Shown: positions 19,277 to 28,831 of the stretch, in pieces
How positions within the stretch are numbered: the first letter of the stretch is position 1
Layout: the number at the start of each line of letters is the position of its first letter
From: a virus
Direction: 5' to 3' (one strand)
IMG/VR virus record: IMGVR_UViG_3300034280_001042
Span: 27,972 to 91,971 of that record
Length of the DNA: 64,000 nt
Notes under the pieces: model-generated
Told to the model about the DNA's origin: nothing
Databases searched by the model: none
Seen by the model: the letters and a program-made list of their open reading frames with translations, nothing else
Program-made: the position numbers and the translations under genes

Positions 19277-21138
19277 AACAATACATCCCTTTGCATGTAC
19301 ATTCTCATTATAGTCTTATGGATGGTCTTAGTAAGCCAGCTCAAATAGCAACTAGATGTGCTAAAATTGGAGTTCAATCTTGTGCTATTACTGATCATGG
19401 ATCTATTTCTGGAACAGTACAGTTTTATCAAGCACTTAAGAAACAAAAGATAAAACCAATACTAGGTTGTGAGCTATATATTTCTAAAGACAATAGTTCA
19501 TTAAAAGTCAAAGAAAATAGCAAACTAAGTCACTTTTTAGTTTTGGCTAAAAACTATGCTGGGTGGAAAACCTTGATTAATATTGTTTCAGAATCTAACT
19601 CAGAATCTAACTTTTATCATAAGCCAAGACTAGACTTTAAAACACTATCCAAGCTATTAGATGGTAATATTATAGGATTTTGTGGTCATTTGGGATCCAG
19701 TCTAGCTAATCTAATTCAAGAATCCACAGATTCCATAGAAAAGTCTGGCACAGAATTCATTGCTCAAATGAAAGATATTTTTGGTCAAGACAATTTCTTT
19801 CTAGAAGCACAACTAATGGATAGAGAGTATTCTAAAGAACAAATAGAAATGACAGAGCATATTAGAAGGCTTGGTCAAATAACTAATACTAAAGTAATCT
19901 GTACTCCAGATGCCCATTATTGTGAAAAAGAAGACGCTATTGATCAACGCATATTACTATGTAATAATCTTAAAACAACACTAATTGATGTCAATAAAAA
20001 AATTCTTAACGATGAATCTGTAGCTATGGATTGTTTTTTTAAGTCAGATAATTTCCATATTCTAAGTCCAGAAGAAATGGCAAGTCTACATACAGACGAA
20101 GAAATAGAAAATACTAACTATGTAAATTCATTATGTGAAGAATACGATATTCTACACAAACCTCTTCTTCCAGAATTTAAATGTCCGCCAAACTTTAATC
20201 CCGACGAATATCTAAGAGAACTATGTCGTAAAGGATGGAGAGAAAAAATAGATAAGCAAATAGCTAAAGAAGACCATCAACAGTATGTAGATAGAATCAA
20301 ATTTGAACTAGAAATCTTACAAGGTGCCGGATTATCTAGTTACTTTTTAATTGTGCAAGATATTGTTAATCTCGTTAGATCTAAGGGTTGGTTGCCGGGT
20401 CCGGGTAGAGGTTCTGCTGCTGGATGTTTAGTATCATATCTAATCGGAATCACGTCTATCAATCCTATAAAGTATGATTTGATCTTTGAAAGATTTTATA
20501 ATGCTGGTAGAAACACATCAGACCATATCTCTATGCCAGATATTGATGTTGACGTACCCATTAATAAAAGAGAACAGATTATCTCATATATTAAAAACAA
20601 GTATGGTCACGATAAAGTATCTCAAATGATTACATTTAATACTATGAAGGGTCGAGGAGCCCTAAAAGAAGTATTAAGAGTCTATGGTAATATTAGTTTC
20701 GACGAAATGAACCGTATAACTAAATACATTCCGGATGAAGCTAAAATTGCAGACGAACTACAAGAGATGAAAGAAGATACTGGAGAAGCATCAATTATTC
20801 GATGGGCCTTAGAAAATAATGTTGACAAACTCAAAGAATGGTGCTATATATCTGAAGACAATACACTAGCAGGCCCTCTTGCTAAAAGATTTGAACAAGC
20901 TATACGTTTAGAAGGAACAAAATCTAACCAATCGAAACATGCTGCTGGTGTAGTTATTAGTAGCGAAAATCTAAAACTTGTTTGTCCTATGATATATGAT
21001 TCTAAGAACAAGCAGTCGATTGCTGGTATGGAGATGCAAGATTTAGAAAGCCTTGGCGTGATTAAATTTGATATTCTTGGTATAGCTATGTTGGATAAAA
21101 TTATGACTATAACAGATATCCTTAAAAATGGAGAATAA
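19273..21138 (+). CDS. dnaE: DNA polymerase III alpha, N-terminal half (PHP, palm, thumb)
   Basis: Start MKQYIPLHVHSHYSLMDG at ATG 19273; TDHG, GCE, DAHY, GRGSAAG, FERF, MPDIDVD, HAAG, KFDILG. Stops just after the third catalytic Asp. Confidence 0.95.
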   Translation: MKQYIPLHVHSHYSLMDGLSKPAQIATRCAKIGVQSCAITDHGSISGTVQFYQALKKQKIKPILGCELYISKDNSSLKVKENSKLSHFLVLAKNYAGWKTLINIVSESNSESNFYHKPRLDFKTLSKLLDGNIIGFCGHLGSSLANLIQESTDSIEKSGTEFIAQMKDIFGQDNFFLEAQLMDREYSKEQIEMTEHIRRLGQITNTKVICTPDAHYCEKEDAIDQRILLCNNLKTTLIDVNKKILNDESVAMDCFFKSDNFHILSPEEMASLHTDEEIENTNYVNSLCEEYDILHKPLLPEFKCPPNFNPDEYLRELCRKGWREKIDKQIAKEDHQQYVDRIKFELEILQGAGLSSYFLIVQDIVNLVRSKGWLPGPGRGSAAGCLVSYLIGITSINPIKYDLIFERFYNAGRNTSDHISMPDIDVDVPINKREQIISYIKNKYGHDKVSQMITFNTMKGRGALKEVLRVYGNISFDEMNRITKYIPDEAKIADELQEMKEDTGEASIIRWALENNVDKLKEWCYISEDNTLAGPLAKRFEQAIRLEGTKSNQSKHAAGVVISSENLKLVCPMIYDSKNKQSIAGMEMQDLESLGVIKFDILGIAMLDKIMTITDILKNGE

Positions 21139-21140
21139 TT

Positions 21141-21326
21141 ATGGAGAAACAGTTCAGTCAATTAGCAGTAGGTGATAAGTTTATGGTAAATGGCGTACAA
21201 TATGTTAAAGCAGTAGAAGTTAAAGTTAGTTGTTGCAAGTCGATCAACGCAACTGCTTCGGCTAACAGTAACGAGAAGACTTTTTTCCCAGGAAATACCC
21301 TAGTAACAGTGGAAACCAATGGCTAA
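21141..21326 (+). CDS. Small (61 aa) hypothetical protein between the dnaE halves
   Basis: SD GGAG upstream; overlaps the next start. Confidence 0.7.
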   Translation: MEKQFSQLAVGDKFMVNGVQYVKAVEVKVSCCKSINATASANSNEKTFFPGNTLVTVETNG

Positions 21327-22017
21327 TTTTCAAAAATTTTGTGTGTTCGATTTAGAGACAGATGGTTCTAATCCAGATGTCTGTAGTCCAGTACAAATTG
21401 CTGCTGTGATTATAGATCCTTTTAGATTAGAAATAGTGAAAGATTCAGAGTTTAATATCACACTAAAACCAGCAGCTTTGGAAGAAAAAGAAGAATACGC
21501 CTATGAAGATAGCGATGTTCTTGATTTTCATGCCAAAGTAAGGGGGTGCGCTAAAGACAAGATTCTATCAGATTGGCATTCTTATCAGAAACAAGAGCAT
21601 GGATGGAAGATGTTTGTATCTTACCTAGATATGTATCATACAAGGTCCGATAGAAAATCTTGCTTTAGTGCCCCTATTGCTGCTGGATATAATATTAACA
21701 GATTCGACTTAAAAATCATAGATAGATTAAGTCAGAAATATAAGAACATCAATAAGGAAGGAAAATCCAGTCTTTTTTATCCAAGAGACGTTGTGGATTT
21801 AATGAATGTTGTATTTTATTGGTTCGAAGGTAATAACGAACTCAAAAATTACACACTAGACCATGTAAGAGATTACTTTGGTTTAAGCAAAGAAGGTTCA
21901 CATGATGCTCTTAAAGATGTTAAAGACACAGCAGAGCTTTTGATTAGGTTTATGAGACTATTTAGGAACACATCATCTAAGGTAAAATTTAAAGGATCGT
22001 GTACAGCAAATGGCTGA
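21319..22017 (+). CDS. DEDDh 3'-5' exonuclease (DnaQ/epsilon-like)
   Basis: Exo I VFDLETDG, Exo II GYNINRFD, Exo III HDALKD. Confidence 0.9.
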   Translation: MANFQKFCVFDLETDGSNPDVCSPVQIAAVIIDPFRLEIVKDSEFNITLKPAALEEKEEYAYEDSDVLDFHAKVRGCAKDKILSDWHSYQKQEHGWKMFVSYLDMYHTRSDRKSCFSAPIAAGYNINRFDLKIIDRLSQKYKNINKEGKSSLFYPRDVVDLMNVVFYWFEGNNELKNYTLDHVRDYFGLSKEGSHDALKDVKDTAELLIRFMRLFRNTSSKVKFKGSCTANG

Positions 22018-23635
22018 GTATTATACTTTTGATTGCGGTTGTAAATTTCCTGTTATTTCTCAGTCTGGTGAATTCCCTAAAATTGATTTTACTCCAAATG
22101 TAGAGAATCTAAATTTAGATTGCCAAAGAACATGGGAACTGATATCAGAAGGAAATACAAAAGGTTGTTTTCAGCTAGAGTCTAGGTTAGGCCAAACGAT
22201 GGCCCGTAAGCTTAAACCAGAAAATATGGAACAGCTATCTGGTCTGATCAGTATTCTTAGACCAGGATGTTTGGAAGCCTATAGAGATGGCAAAAGCGTA
22301 TCTAATCACTATATAGATAAAAAGAATGGATCTGAGTCAATTGACTTTTTCCATCCTGCTCTTGAAGAATCTTTAAAGAGTACCTACTCAGAAATGGTCT
22401 ACCAAGAACAGGCTATGCAAATCTCACAAAAAATTGCGGGATTTGATCTTCAAGAAGCCGATATGTTAAGAAAAGCTATTGGGAAAAAGAAACCAGAAGA
22501 AATGGCTAAGGTTAAAAAGAAATTCATTGAGGGAGCAAAAAAGGTTAAAATTGTTGACGAATCTGAAGCAGAAGAGATTTTCGGTTGGATAGAAAAATCT
22601 CAGAGATATAGTTTTAATAAGTCCCACGCGATTTCATATGCTATTAATGCTTATATGTCAGCATATGCGAAAGCACACTTCCCAAGAATCTTTTTTGCAT
22701 CATATCTAAGATTTGCTAAAGACAAAATAGATCCTCAACAGGAAATAAAAGAGCTGGTTAGAAATGCAACCGAAATGGATATTATTGTTTCTATTCCAGA
22801 TATACGATATCTAAACGAATTCTTTATTCTCAAGAATAAGATTATTTATTTTGGATTAACAGATATCAAAGGGGTTGGTCAATCTGTCTTTAAGAAGATA
22901 TTAAGCTTAACAAAAGAAATAGACCTCAAAACCGCAACATGGCTACAAATCCTAACTCAACTACTGCTCAATATTAATTCAACAGCAAGTAAAGCATTGA
23001 TCTCTGCTGGGGCTTTGGACTATTTAAAAAAGAATAGAACAGAGATGCTATTTGAATATGATATATGCTCTTCTTTAACTAAAAAAGAATTACAGCTTTT
23101 AATGGAAATAATATCAGAAAGCAATCCCAAGAACCTCAAAGAAGCATTAGGTTCTATGTTGTTAATCAAAAAAGTGACTAAAAATAGGCAACCTAATATT
23201 CAAGCTTTAATTCAGTCTATAGATAAACCTCCATATTCTTTGCTAGATAAAATTGAGTGGTTATCTGACTCTGAGAATTCTTTACTTGGCACAGCAATAA
23301 CCTGTTCCAAGCTGGATACTTATGATACTAGTATGTCAAACTGTAACTGTAAAACATTTAAAACTACTTTTACCAAAGAAAATATTGTTTTAGCTGCCGA
23401 AATTAGTAATATCAATATTACCAAAACCAAAAACGGTAAAAATCCAGGACAAGAAATGGCCTTTCTCACAATTGAAGATCAGTACGGAGTATTGGATTCT
23501 GTTGTCTTTTTTCCAGAACAATTAGCTAAATATAAACATCATTTATTTGTTGAGAATATTCTCGTTTTTGTAGGAAATAAAAGCAAGACCAAAGACGGTC
23601 TTATAGTAGAAAAATGTTTCATCCCAGTCACTTGA
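22010..23635 (+). CDS. dnaE: DNA polymerase III alpha, C-terminal half (fingers, HhH, OB)
   Basis: G.FQLES, RPG, YQEQ.M, AD.LRKAIGKK, YSFNKSHA..YA, GL..IKGVG, MAFLTIED. Confidence 0.95.
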   Translation: MAEYYTFDCGCKFPVISQSGEFPKIDFTPNVENLNLDCQRTWELISEGNTKGCFQLESRLGQTMARKLKPENMEQLSGLISILRPGCLEAYRDGKSVSNHYIDKKNGSESIDFFHPALEESLKSTYSEMVYQEQAMQISQKIAGFDLQEADMLRKAIGKKKPEEMAKVKKKFIEGAKKVKIVDESEAEEIFGWIEKSQRYSFNKSHAISYAINAYMSAYAKAHFPRIFFASYLRFAKDKIDPQQEIKELVRNATEMDIIVSIPDIRYLNEFFILKNKIIYFGLTDIKGVGQSVFKKILSLTKEIDLKTATWLQILTQLLLNINSTASKALISAGALDYLKKNRTEMLFEYDICSSLTKKELQLLMEIISESNPKNLKEALGSMLLIKKVTKNRQPNIQALIQSIDKPPYSLLDKIEWLSDSENSLLGTAITCSKLDTYDTSMSNCNCKTFKTTFTKENIVLAAEISNINITKTKNGKNPGQEMAFLTIEDQYGVLDSVVFFPEQLAKYKHHLFVENILVFVGNKSKTKDGLIVEKCFIPVT

Positions 23636-23659
23636 CACCAACCCGACTCCAAATATAAT
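23632..23659 (+). promoter_or_regulatory. Consensus sigma70 promoter upstream of ssb
   Basis: TTGACA (23632-23637), 16-nt spacer, TATAAT (23654-23659). Confidence 0.8.
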
Positions 23660-23710
23660 ACTCATGGCGTTTGAGTTTTTTTGAGTTTAAACTTTTAGGA
23701 GAATATTCAT

Positions 23711-24085
23711 ATGAATATTACTTTGCTTCGAGGGAATTTAGCTAGAGATCCAGAATTGCGTATTGTTAACACTTCAGGTAAGCAAACATCTGTGGTCAAC
23801 TTTACTGTTGCAGTATCTAGAGAGTATGTGAAGGCTAGCGGAGATAAGGATAAGATTACTTCCTTTATTAACTGTGAAGCCTGGGATACCGGGGCTGAGA
23901 TGATTGCAGAATCCTTTAAGAAGGGTGATCTAGTAATGATTGAGGGATCTTTACGAAATGACTCGTGGGAAAAAGACGGTGTGAAACACAGCAGCTTGAA
24001 GGTTAGAGTAAATAACTTTTCAAAGATCGCTAAGCTATCACGACCAAGTAGTAAAACAGAAAATGCTGAGTCTGTAGCTTTCTGA
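23711..24085 (+). CDS. ssb: Single-stranded DNA-binding protein
   Basis: MN...L.GNLARDPELR, F.VAV.R, FINCEAW, KKG..V.IEG.L. SD AGGAG. Confidence 0.95.
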   Translation: MNITLLRGNLARDPELRIVNTSGKQTSVVNFTVAVSREYVKASGDKDKITSFINCEAWDTGAEMIAESFKKGDLVMIEGSLRNDSWEKDGVKHSSLKVRVNNFSKIAKLSRPSSKTENAESVAF

Positions 24086-24106
24086 ACATAATTCATCCAG
24101 GAAAAA

Positions 24107-24140
24107 GCAGAATACGGGGGCGAAAGCCCCCTTATTTTGT
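24107..24140 (+). terminator. Rho-independent terminator after ssb
   Basis: GGGGGC-GAAA-GCCCCC hairpin (24116-24131), extendable stem, followed by TTATTTTGT. Confidence 0.8.
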
Positions 24141-24149
24141 ATCTATAAT

Positions 24150-25814
24150 ATGTCAAACAAACTTAAAATCTTAATGTGTTCCGAAGCTAGTTTTTTAAAT
24201 TCTGGATTTGGAACGTATACCAAAGAACTACTCTCTCGTCTTCATAAAACCAACAAATATGTTATTGCAGAATTTGCTTCTTATGGTTTTGTCAATGACC
24301 CAAGAGACAAAGACATTGAGTGGACCTACTACGCAAACGCTGTAAAAGACACGGACCCTAGACATAAAGAATATACGTCTAGAGGAGATAACCAATTTGG
24401 TCGATGGAGATTTGAGAAAGTTCTATTAGATTTTAAGCCAGATGTAGTTATTGATATTAGAGACTATTGGATGACAGCATACCAAGAAACGTCGCCTTTG
24501 CGTAAGTATTTTCATTGGATTCTGATGCCAACAGTGGATTCTGAACCACAACAAGAGGACTGGATAGATACCTTCTTATCGGCAGATGCTATTTTTACAT
24601 ATTCTGATTGGGGTGCAGAAGTTCTTAAAAAACAAAGCTCCAACAAGATTAAATATATTGATACTGTTTCTCCAGGAGTTGATTTAAATACATTTAAGAT
24701 CAAAGACAGAACAGCTATAAAAAAAGCAGCAGGATTCAAAGATAATGACATTATCATTGGTTCTGTCATGAGAAATCAAAAAAGGAAACTCTTTCCAGAA
24801 CTGCTAACATCTTTTCGCTCTGTCTTAGATAATCTTGAAAATACTAATCCAGAACTTGGCTCAAGACTATTTTTATATCTACATACCAGCTATCCAGATA
24901 TGGGATGGGATATTCCCGAACTCTTAAAGGATACTAGATTAGCTAACAAGGTTTTCTTTTCGTATGTATGCAAAAGTTGCAAAAATACTAGCTGTAATGT
25001 TTATAGTGGTGTTCAAACAGTTTGTCAAAAATGTTTGCACAAAACATGCGGTATGCCATCTGTTACAGATGGATTTAGCTCATCAAATTTAGCAGACGTA
25101 TATAATCTGTTCGATCTTTACGTTCAATATTCCATATGTGAGGGATTTGGGATGCCTCAAGTGGAGGCCGGGGCCTGTGGAGTACCCGTTGCAACGGTTG
25201 ATTATAGTGCTATGTGCGACGTTATTAAAAAGCTCGATGCCTTCCCAATCAGGGTTAAAACCAAGTTCAAGGAACTCGAAACCAAAGCATTAAGAGTATA
25301 TCCAGATAATGATCACTTGGCCAGTATTATCTTAGATTATATACAGTTACCAGAAGATATTAGAAACAATAAAAGACAAACAATTAGAAAATTGACAGAA
25401 AAATATTATGATTGGGATCAAGTAGCCGAAACATGGGAAAAGTATCTGGATAGCTTAGACCAATCAGGGTTCAGATCAAATTGGGACTCTAAAGCCCAGA
25501 CGATTGGCCCAATACAAAAATCTCAAAATATTAATCGTCACGATCATTTCGAAACACTATTATCAACCTGTAGCTATCCTTTCAACAAACCGGACATGAT
25601 AGCATCTGCAAAAATTCTAGGTATGCTACGAGATGCTGATTATGGATTTGCTCAAGGCGGACCAACTCAAATTATTCCTTTTGGATATAACAACATAGAA
25701 GACTATTTACAAATCTTGGTTAATAATCAAAACCATGCTGAGAAGGTCAAAGAAGACAAAGTTTCTTTTGACGAAGATTTTATCCTATACGCAAAGCTGA
25801 AGAATCAAAAATGA
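24150..25814 (+). CDS. GT4-family (GT-B) glycosyltransferase with Zn-finger insertion
   Basis: SGFG, RNQKRK, EGFGMPQVEAGACGVP; insert CKSC...CQKC. Confidence 0.88.
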   Translation: MSNKLKILMCSEASFLNSGFGTYTKELLSRLHKTNKYVIAEFASYGFVNDPRDKDIEWTYYANAVKDTDPRHKEYTSRGDNQFGRWRFEKVLLDFKPDVVIDIRDYWMTAYQETSPLRKYFHWILMPTVDSEPQQEDWIDTFLSADAIFTYSDWGAEVLKKQSSNKIKYIDTVSPGVDLNTFKIKDRTAIKKAAGFKDNDIIIGSVMRNQKRKLFPELLTSFRSVLDNLENTNPELGSRLFLYLHTSYPDMGWDIPELLKDTRLANKVFFSYVCKSCKNTSCNVYSGVQTVCQKCLHKTCGMPSVTDGFSSSNLADVYNLFDLYVQYSICEGFGMPQVEAGACGVPVATVDYSAMCDVIKKLDAFPIRVKTKFKELETKALRVYPDNDHLASIILDYIQLPEDIRNNKRQTIRKLTEKYYDWDQVAETWEKYLDSLDQSGFRSNWDSKAQTIGPIQKSQNINRHDHFETLLSTCSYPFNKPDMIASAKILGMLRDADYGFAQGGPTQIIPFGYNNIEDYLQILVNNQNHAEKVKEDKVSFDEDFILYAKLKNQK

Positions 25815-26806
25815 ATACAATATATCTAGGACCATATAGAGATAATACAATTAATGGGGTGTGGTCGTATAATATTTTATCCAGCCTATTAGAACATCCA
25901 AACCATCAAGTAACTTGCAGACCAATATACTTAGAATCATCAAATGTAAGTACTCGCAATCCTAGAAATAACGATTCTGCTATATCGGCAGCAGAACATA
26001 CCATTCAGTCAACATATGACTGCTTGATTCAACATATACGTCCAGAAAATATTGTTTCTAATAAATCTCTTAAAAATATTTGTATACCAATTATAGATAG
26101 TGAATTTTTATCTCATAAAGCTATTACCAATCTTAAGAATTGTGATTTAATTCTAGTTGATAATGCATTAAATTTCCAAAAGTTATCTACCATACTTGAA
26201 CAAACCTCAAACATAGAGCTATTTCAATATGGGGTTGATACTAATTATGGCAATGATACATATGATTTTGGTCCATATTCGTATATGAAAAAAATGTATA
26301 CGATAGCGAATTATGCTGCAAATTCTGATCTTTATAGCGATCTTTTGATAGACTTTATTATTTTGACACAAAAATATGAAAACTTATGTTTGGTTTTATT
26401 TGTTGTAGATTCCGGAGGGTCTATACAAGAAATACAAAAGATAATAGATAAAACATATGAGAGCCTCAATATAATAGCTTCGCTCAAAAAGATTTGTATT
26501 ATACCAATCTTACCAACTATAGAAAATCTGGTTTCTTGTCATAAAATATGTGATATGTATTTGAATATTAACGATGACATTCGTAGCACAGCAAACTCTG
26601 CATATGCGTATGCCTTAGATAAGCCAACAATTGAACACCATAATCTATCGTTTCAAATGACCCCTATAAGAAATAGTAAAATTAGTAAACATTGGTACGA
26701 TGTCCCATCTAATCAGAGTATAATGACAGCTATGCAAAATATTTTATCTAATCCAACTAAGGGTCAGTTTTTACCAAATTCAAAATCTCTGGAATTGTTT
26801 TTATGA
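25811..26806 (+). CDS. Degenerate GT-B-like protein
   Basis: N-terminal YLGPY..., H..CD.YL. Lacks the EGFG/E motif. Confidence 0.5.
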   Translation: MNTIYLGPYRDNTINGVWSYNILSSLLEHPNHQVTCRPIYLESSNVSTRNPRNNDSAISAAEHTIQSTYDCLIQHIRPENIVSNKSLKNICIPIIDSEFLSHKAITNLKNCDLILVDNALNFQKLSTILEQTSNIELFQYGVDTNYGNDTYDFGPYSYMKKMYTIANYAANSDLYSDLLIDFIILTQKYENLCLVLFVVDSGGSIQEIQKIIDKTYESLNIIASLKKICIIPILPTIENLVSCHKICDMYLNINDDIRSTANSAYAYALDKPTIEHHNLSFQMTPIRNSKISKHWYDVPSNQSIMTAMQNILSNPTKGQFLPNSKSLELFL

Positions 26807-27672
26807 GTTCTAACTTTGTCTATAATACGCTTAATAAATTATTAGATAGTAATATTAATATATTATATGAACCAAATCAAAGCTTATTTGATGTTGTATT
26901 TCCTGAAATAGACGCAACAATATTACGAACAGAATCAGCTTCTTCTAAGTATTTTTACTATGATGCTTATGTAACCAGTAATTTTTTCTCTCATGTAAAT
27001 TATAGAAATAAATTCTTACACAATCATCAAACTCAAGACGTTGTAATCTTTCATCAAAAAACCCCAAATGTATTTAAAAAAGAAGATAAAACGATATTAA
27101 GAAACAATTTGTCTTCTGCCTATAAAATATTTCCAACCAGCGTTATTGCAGACGAGTGGGGAATACAAGATAAAAAATCAATAACTATTAATTATGGAAT
27201 ACCAAGTATAAAACATGAATTAATACCATTTAAAAACAGAAATACTGTTTTATTTATGAATTTTAATGATGATACAAATGTAAATAATTTATTTGCTAGT
27301 ATTAAAACATTTTTCCCTGATGCTATTTTAATAAACAAATTAGTAAATAACAGTTTAGAAGAAACACTTAAATTAATATCCAACTATAAAATAGTTATAG
27401 ATTTAGCACATCCATTCAACGCCCTATGTGCAACAGCTTGTGGGTGCTTCACTGTAACTAATCAGATTAGTGATGATTCAATTAAGTCTTGCTTGGTTAC
27501 ACAGAATTTTAGAGACGCAAAAGAATTACTATCGGATATTATTAATAACGCTAATACCGATTTAATTGAAAAAGATAAAGAGTACATTATAATGAATTAT
27601 TCAATGAACATCTTTATAGATAATATGACAAAACTATTTAATAGAATCAAAATGGAGCCATTCATAATATGA
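26803..27672 (+). CDS. Degenerate GT-B-like protein
   Basis: INYGIP; YKIVID...ALCATACGC corresponds to the canonical LEAMACG with Glu lost. Confidence 0.5.
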   Translation: MSSNFVYNTLNKLLDSNINILYEPNQSLFDVVFPEIDATILRTESASSKYFYYDAYVTSNFFSHVNYRNKFLHNHQTQDVVIFHQKTPNVFKKEDKTILRNNLSSAYKIFPTSVIADEWGIQDKKSITINYGIPSIKHELIPFKNRNTVLFMNFNDDTNVNNLFASIKTFFPDAILINKLVNNSLEETLKLISNYKIVIDLAHPFNALCATACGCFTVTNQISDDSIKSCLVTQNFRDAKELLSDIINNANTDLIEKDKEYIIMNYSMNIFIDNMTKLFNRIKMEPFII

Positions 27673-28082
27673 AACGTAATATTCATTTGTGTAATATTCA
27701 CAGTAAACAAGTATCAGATGCTGAACCAGTAGACATATCTACTATTTCTAGTGTTGTTAATTTGTCTGTCGATACTATTTTTTGCGATTCTTTAGAGTCT
27801 ATAGCAGCAGAAGATTTGTCTAAAAAATTTGTAGAAATATTAAACAAAATCCGACCTAATGGATATCTGATATTAAATATCTTAGACATAAAAAAACTTT
27901 GCTCAGAGTACTTACAAAATACTATTTCAAACCAAGTTTTCTTATCACTAATCAAAGACAAAAATAATTTTATTAGTATAGATAATATATATTCTTTAAT
28001 AGACACTAAACATTTTCAAATTATGAAAATCGATACTGATCAAAATACTATTTCTGTAGTTATTCAAAGGACAAAAATATGA
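27669..28082 (+). CDS. Truncated or degenerate SAM-methyltransferase-like protein
   Basis: SVD.I....LE.I...ILNKIRPNG.LILNILD. No GxG SAM-binding loop visible. Confidence 0.5.
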   Translation: MKRNIHLCNIHSKQVSDAEPVDISTISSVVNLSVDTIFCDSLESIAAEDLSKKFVEILNKIRPNGYLILNILDIKKLCSEYLQNTISNQVFLSLIKDKNNFISIDNIYSLIDTKHFQIMKIDTDQNTISVVIQRTKI

Positions 28083-28831
28083 CAGCAACATCTTGTAAGG
28101 ACTGTGTTTTTGCTCATTCAATTAATTCTATTAAGTCATGTGATTTTAATCTTATTGATAGTATAAAAAATACTAGAGATATAGAAACTAAAGACAATTA
28201 TAACTATATTCCAAACTATCACTGTAAGTATGGCCTATCTAAAAAAACATATTACGCCAATAAGGATAAGTTTGAAGAAATTGATTTGATGAACTATATT
28301 CGACATAGAAATCTAATAAAATATTATCTTGTCATAGATTTAGAAGACGAGACTAATATTGAAGCATTATGCTTACATATCAATTCTTTATCGATTAAAC
28401 CTGATTTTGTTTCTATATTAGCCTATGCATCTGATATGGCTGATCTTATAGAAGTTATCAAAACTAACATTGGTTCGGATATAAGGTGGAAACTGCACAA
28501 TTTAATAAATAAAGACATGGATCATAGTCTTGCTTTAAAGGTTGCTTTAGATACGAGTCCTATTCTTGATAAAACACAGTTTATCTGGATTAATAGATCA
28601 TCTGATATGCAATATATAGCTGAGTCTGATATTGTATCTAAAATTAACTATATCGTAAATATAGAGCAGCCTGTTTGTAATTTTGTTGGCTCTCAAATCT
28701 TATCAAGCGATAATTTCCATAATTTATTGATGTCTGTTGCCACATACAAACACATTATTAAACATATTTCCTCTTCCTTAGCAGATGGCATAAAGCAATT
28801 AGGAACAACAGTAACAGCTTATTATGATTAA
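28079..28831 (+). CDS. Hypothetical protein, Cys-rich N-terminus, possible GT-A-like remnant
   Basis: CKDCVF...C...C. ATGA coupling. Confidence 0.5.
   Translation: MTATSCKDCVFAHSINSIKSCDFNLIDSIKNTRDIETKDNYNYIPNYHCKYGLSKKTYYANKDKFEEIDLMNYIRHRNLIKYYLVIDLEDETNIEALCLHINSLSIKPDFVSILAYASDMADLIEVIKTNIGSDIRWKLHNLINKDMDHSLALKVALDTSPILDKTQFIWINRSSDMQYIAESDIVSKINYIVNIEQPVCNFVGSQILSSDNFHNLLMSVATYKHIIKHISSSLADGIKQLGTTVTAYYD

Noticed and set aside
19588-19612. Perfect 12-bp tandem repeat (TCAGAATCTAAC x2) in dnaE
   Set aside because: In-frame two-copy repeat (SESNSESN) with no sign of function.
21141-21326. Intein-like words (LAVGDK, FFPGNTLV) in the small ORF between the dnaE halves
   Set aside because: The blocks are in reverse order, there is no N-terminal Cys/Ser or C-terminal HN, and the ORF is not fused to either extein. 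This does not support a split intein.
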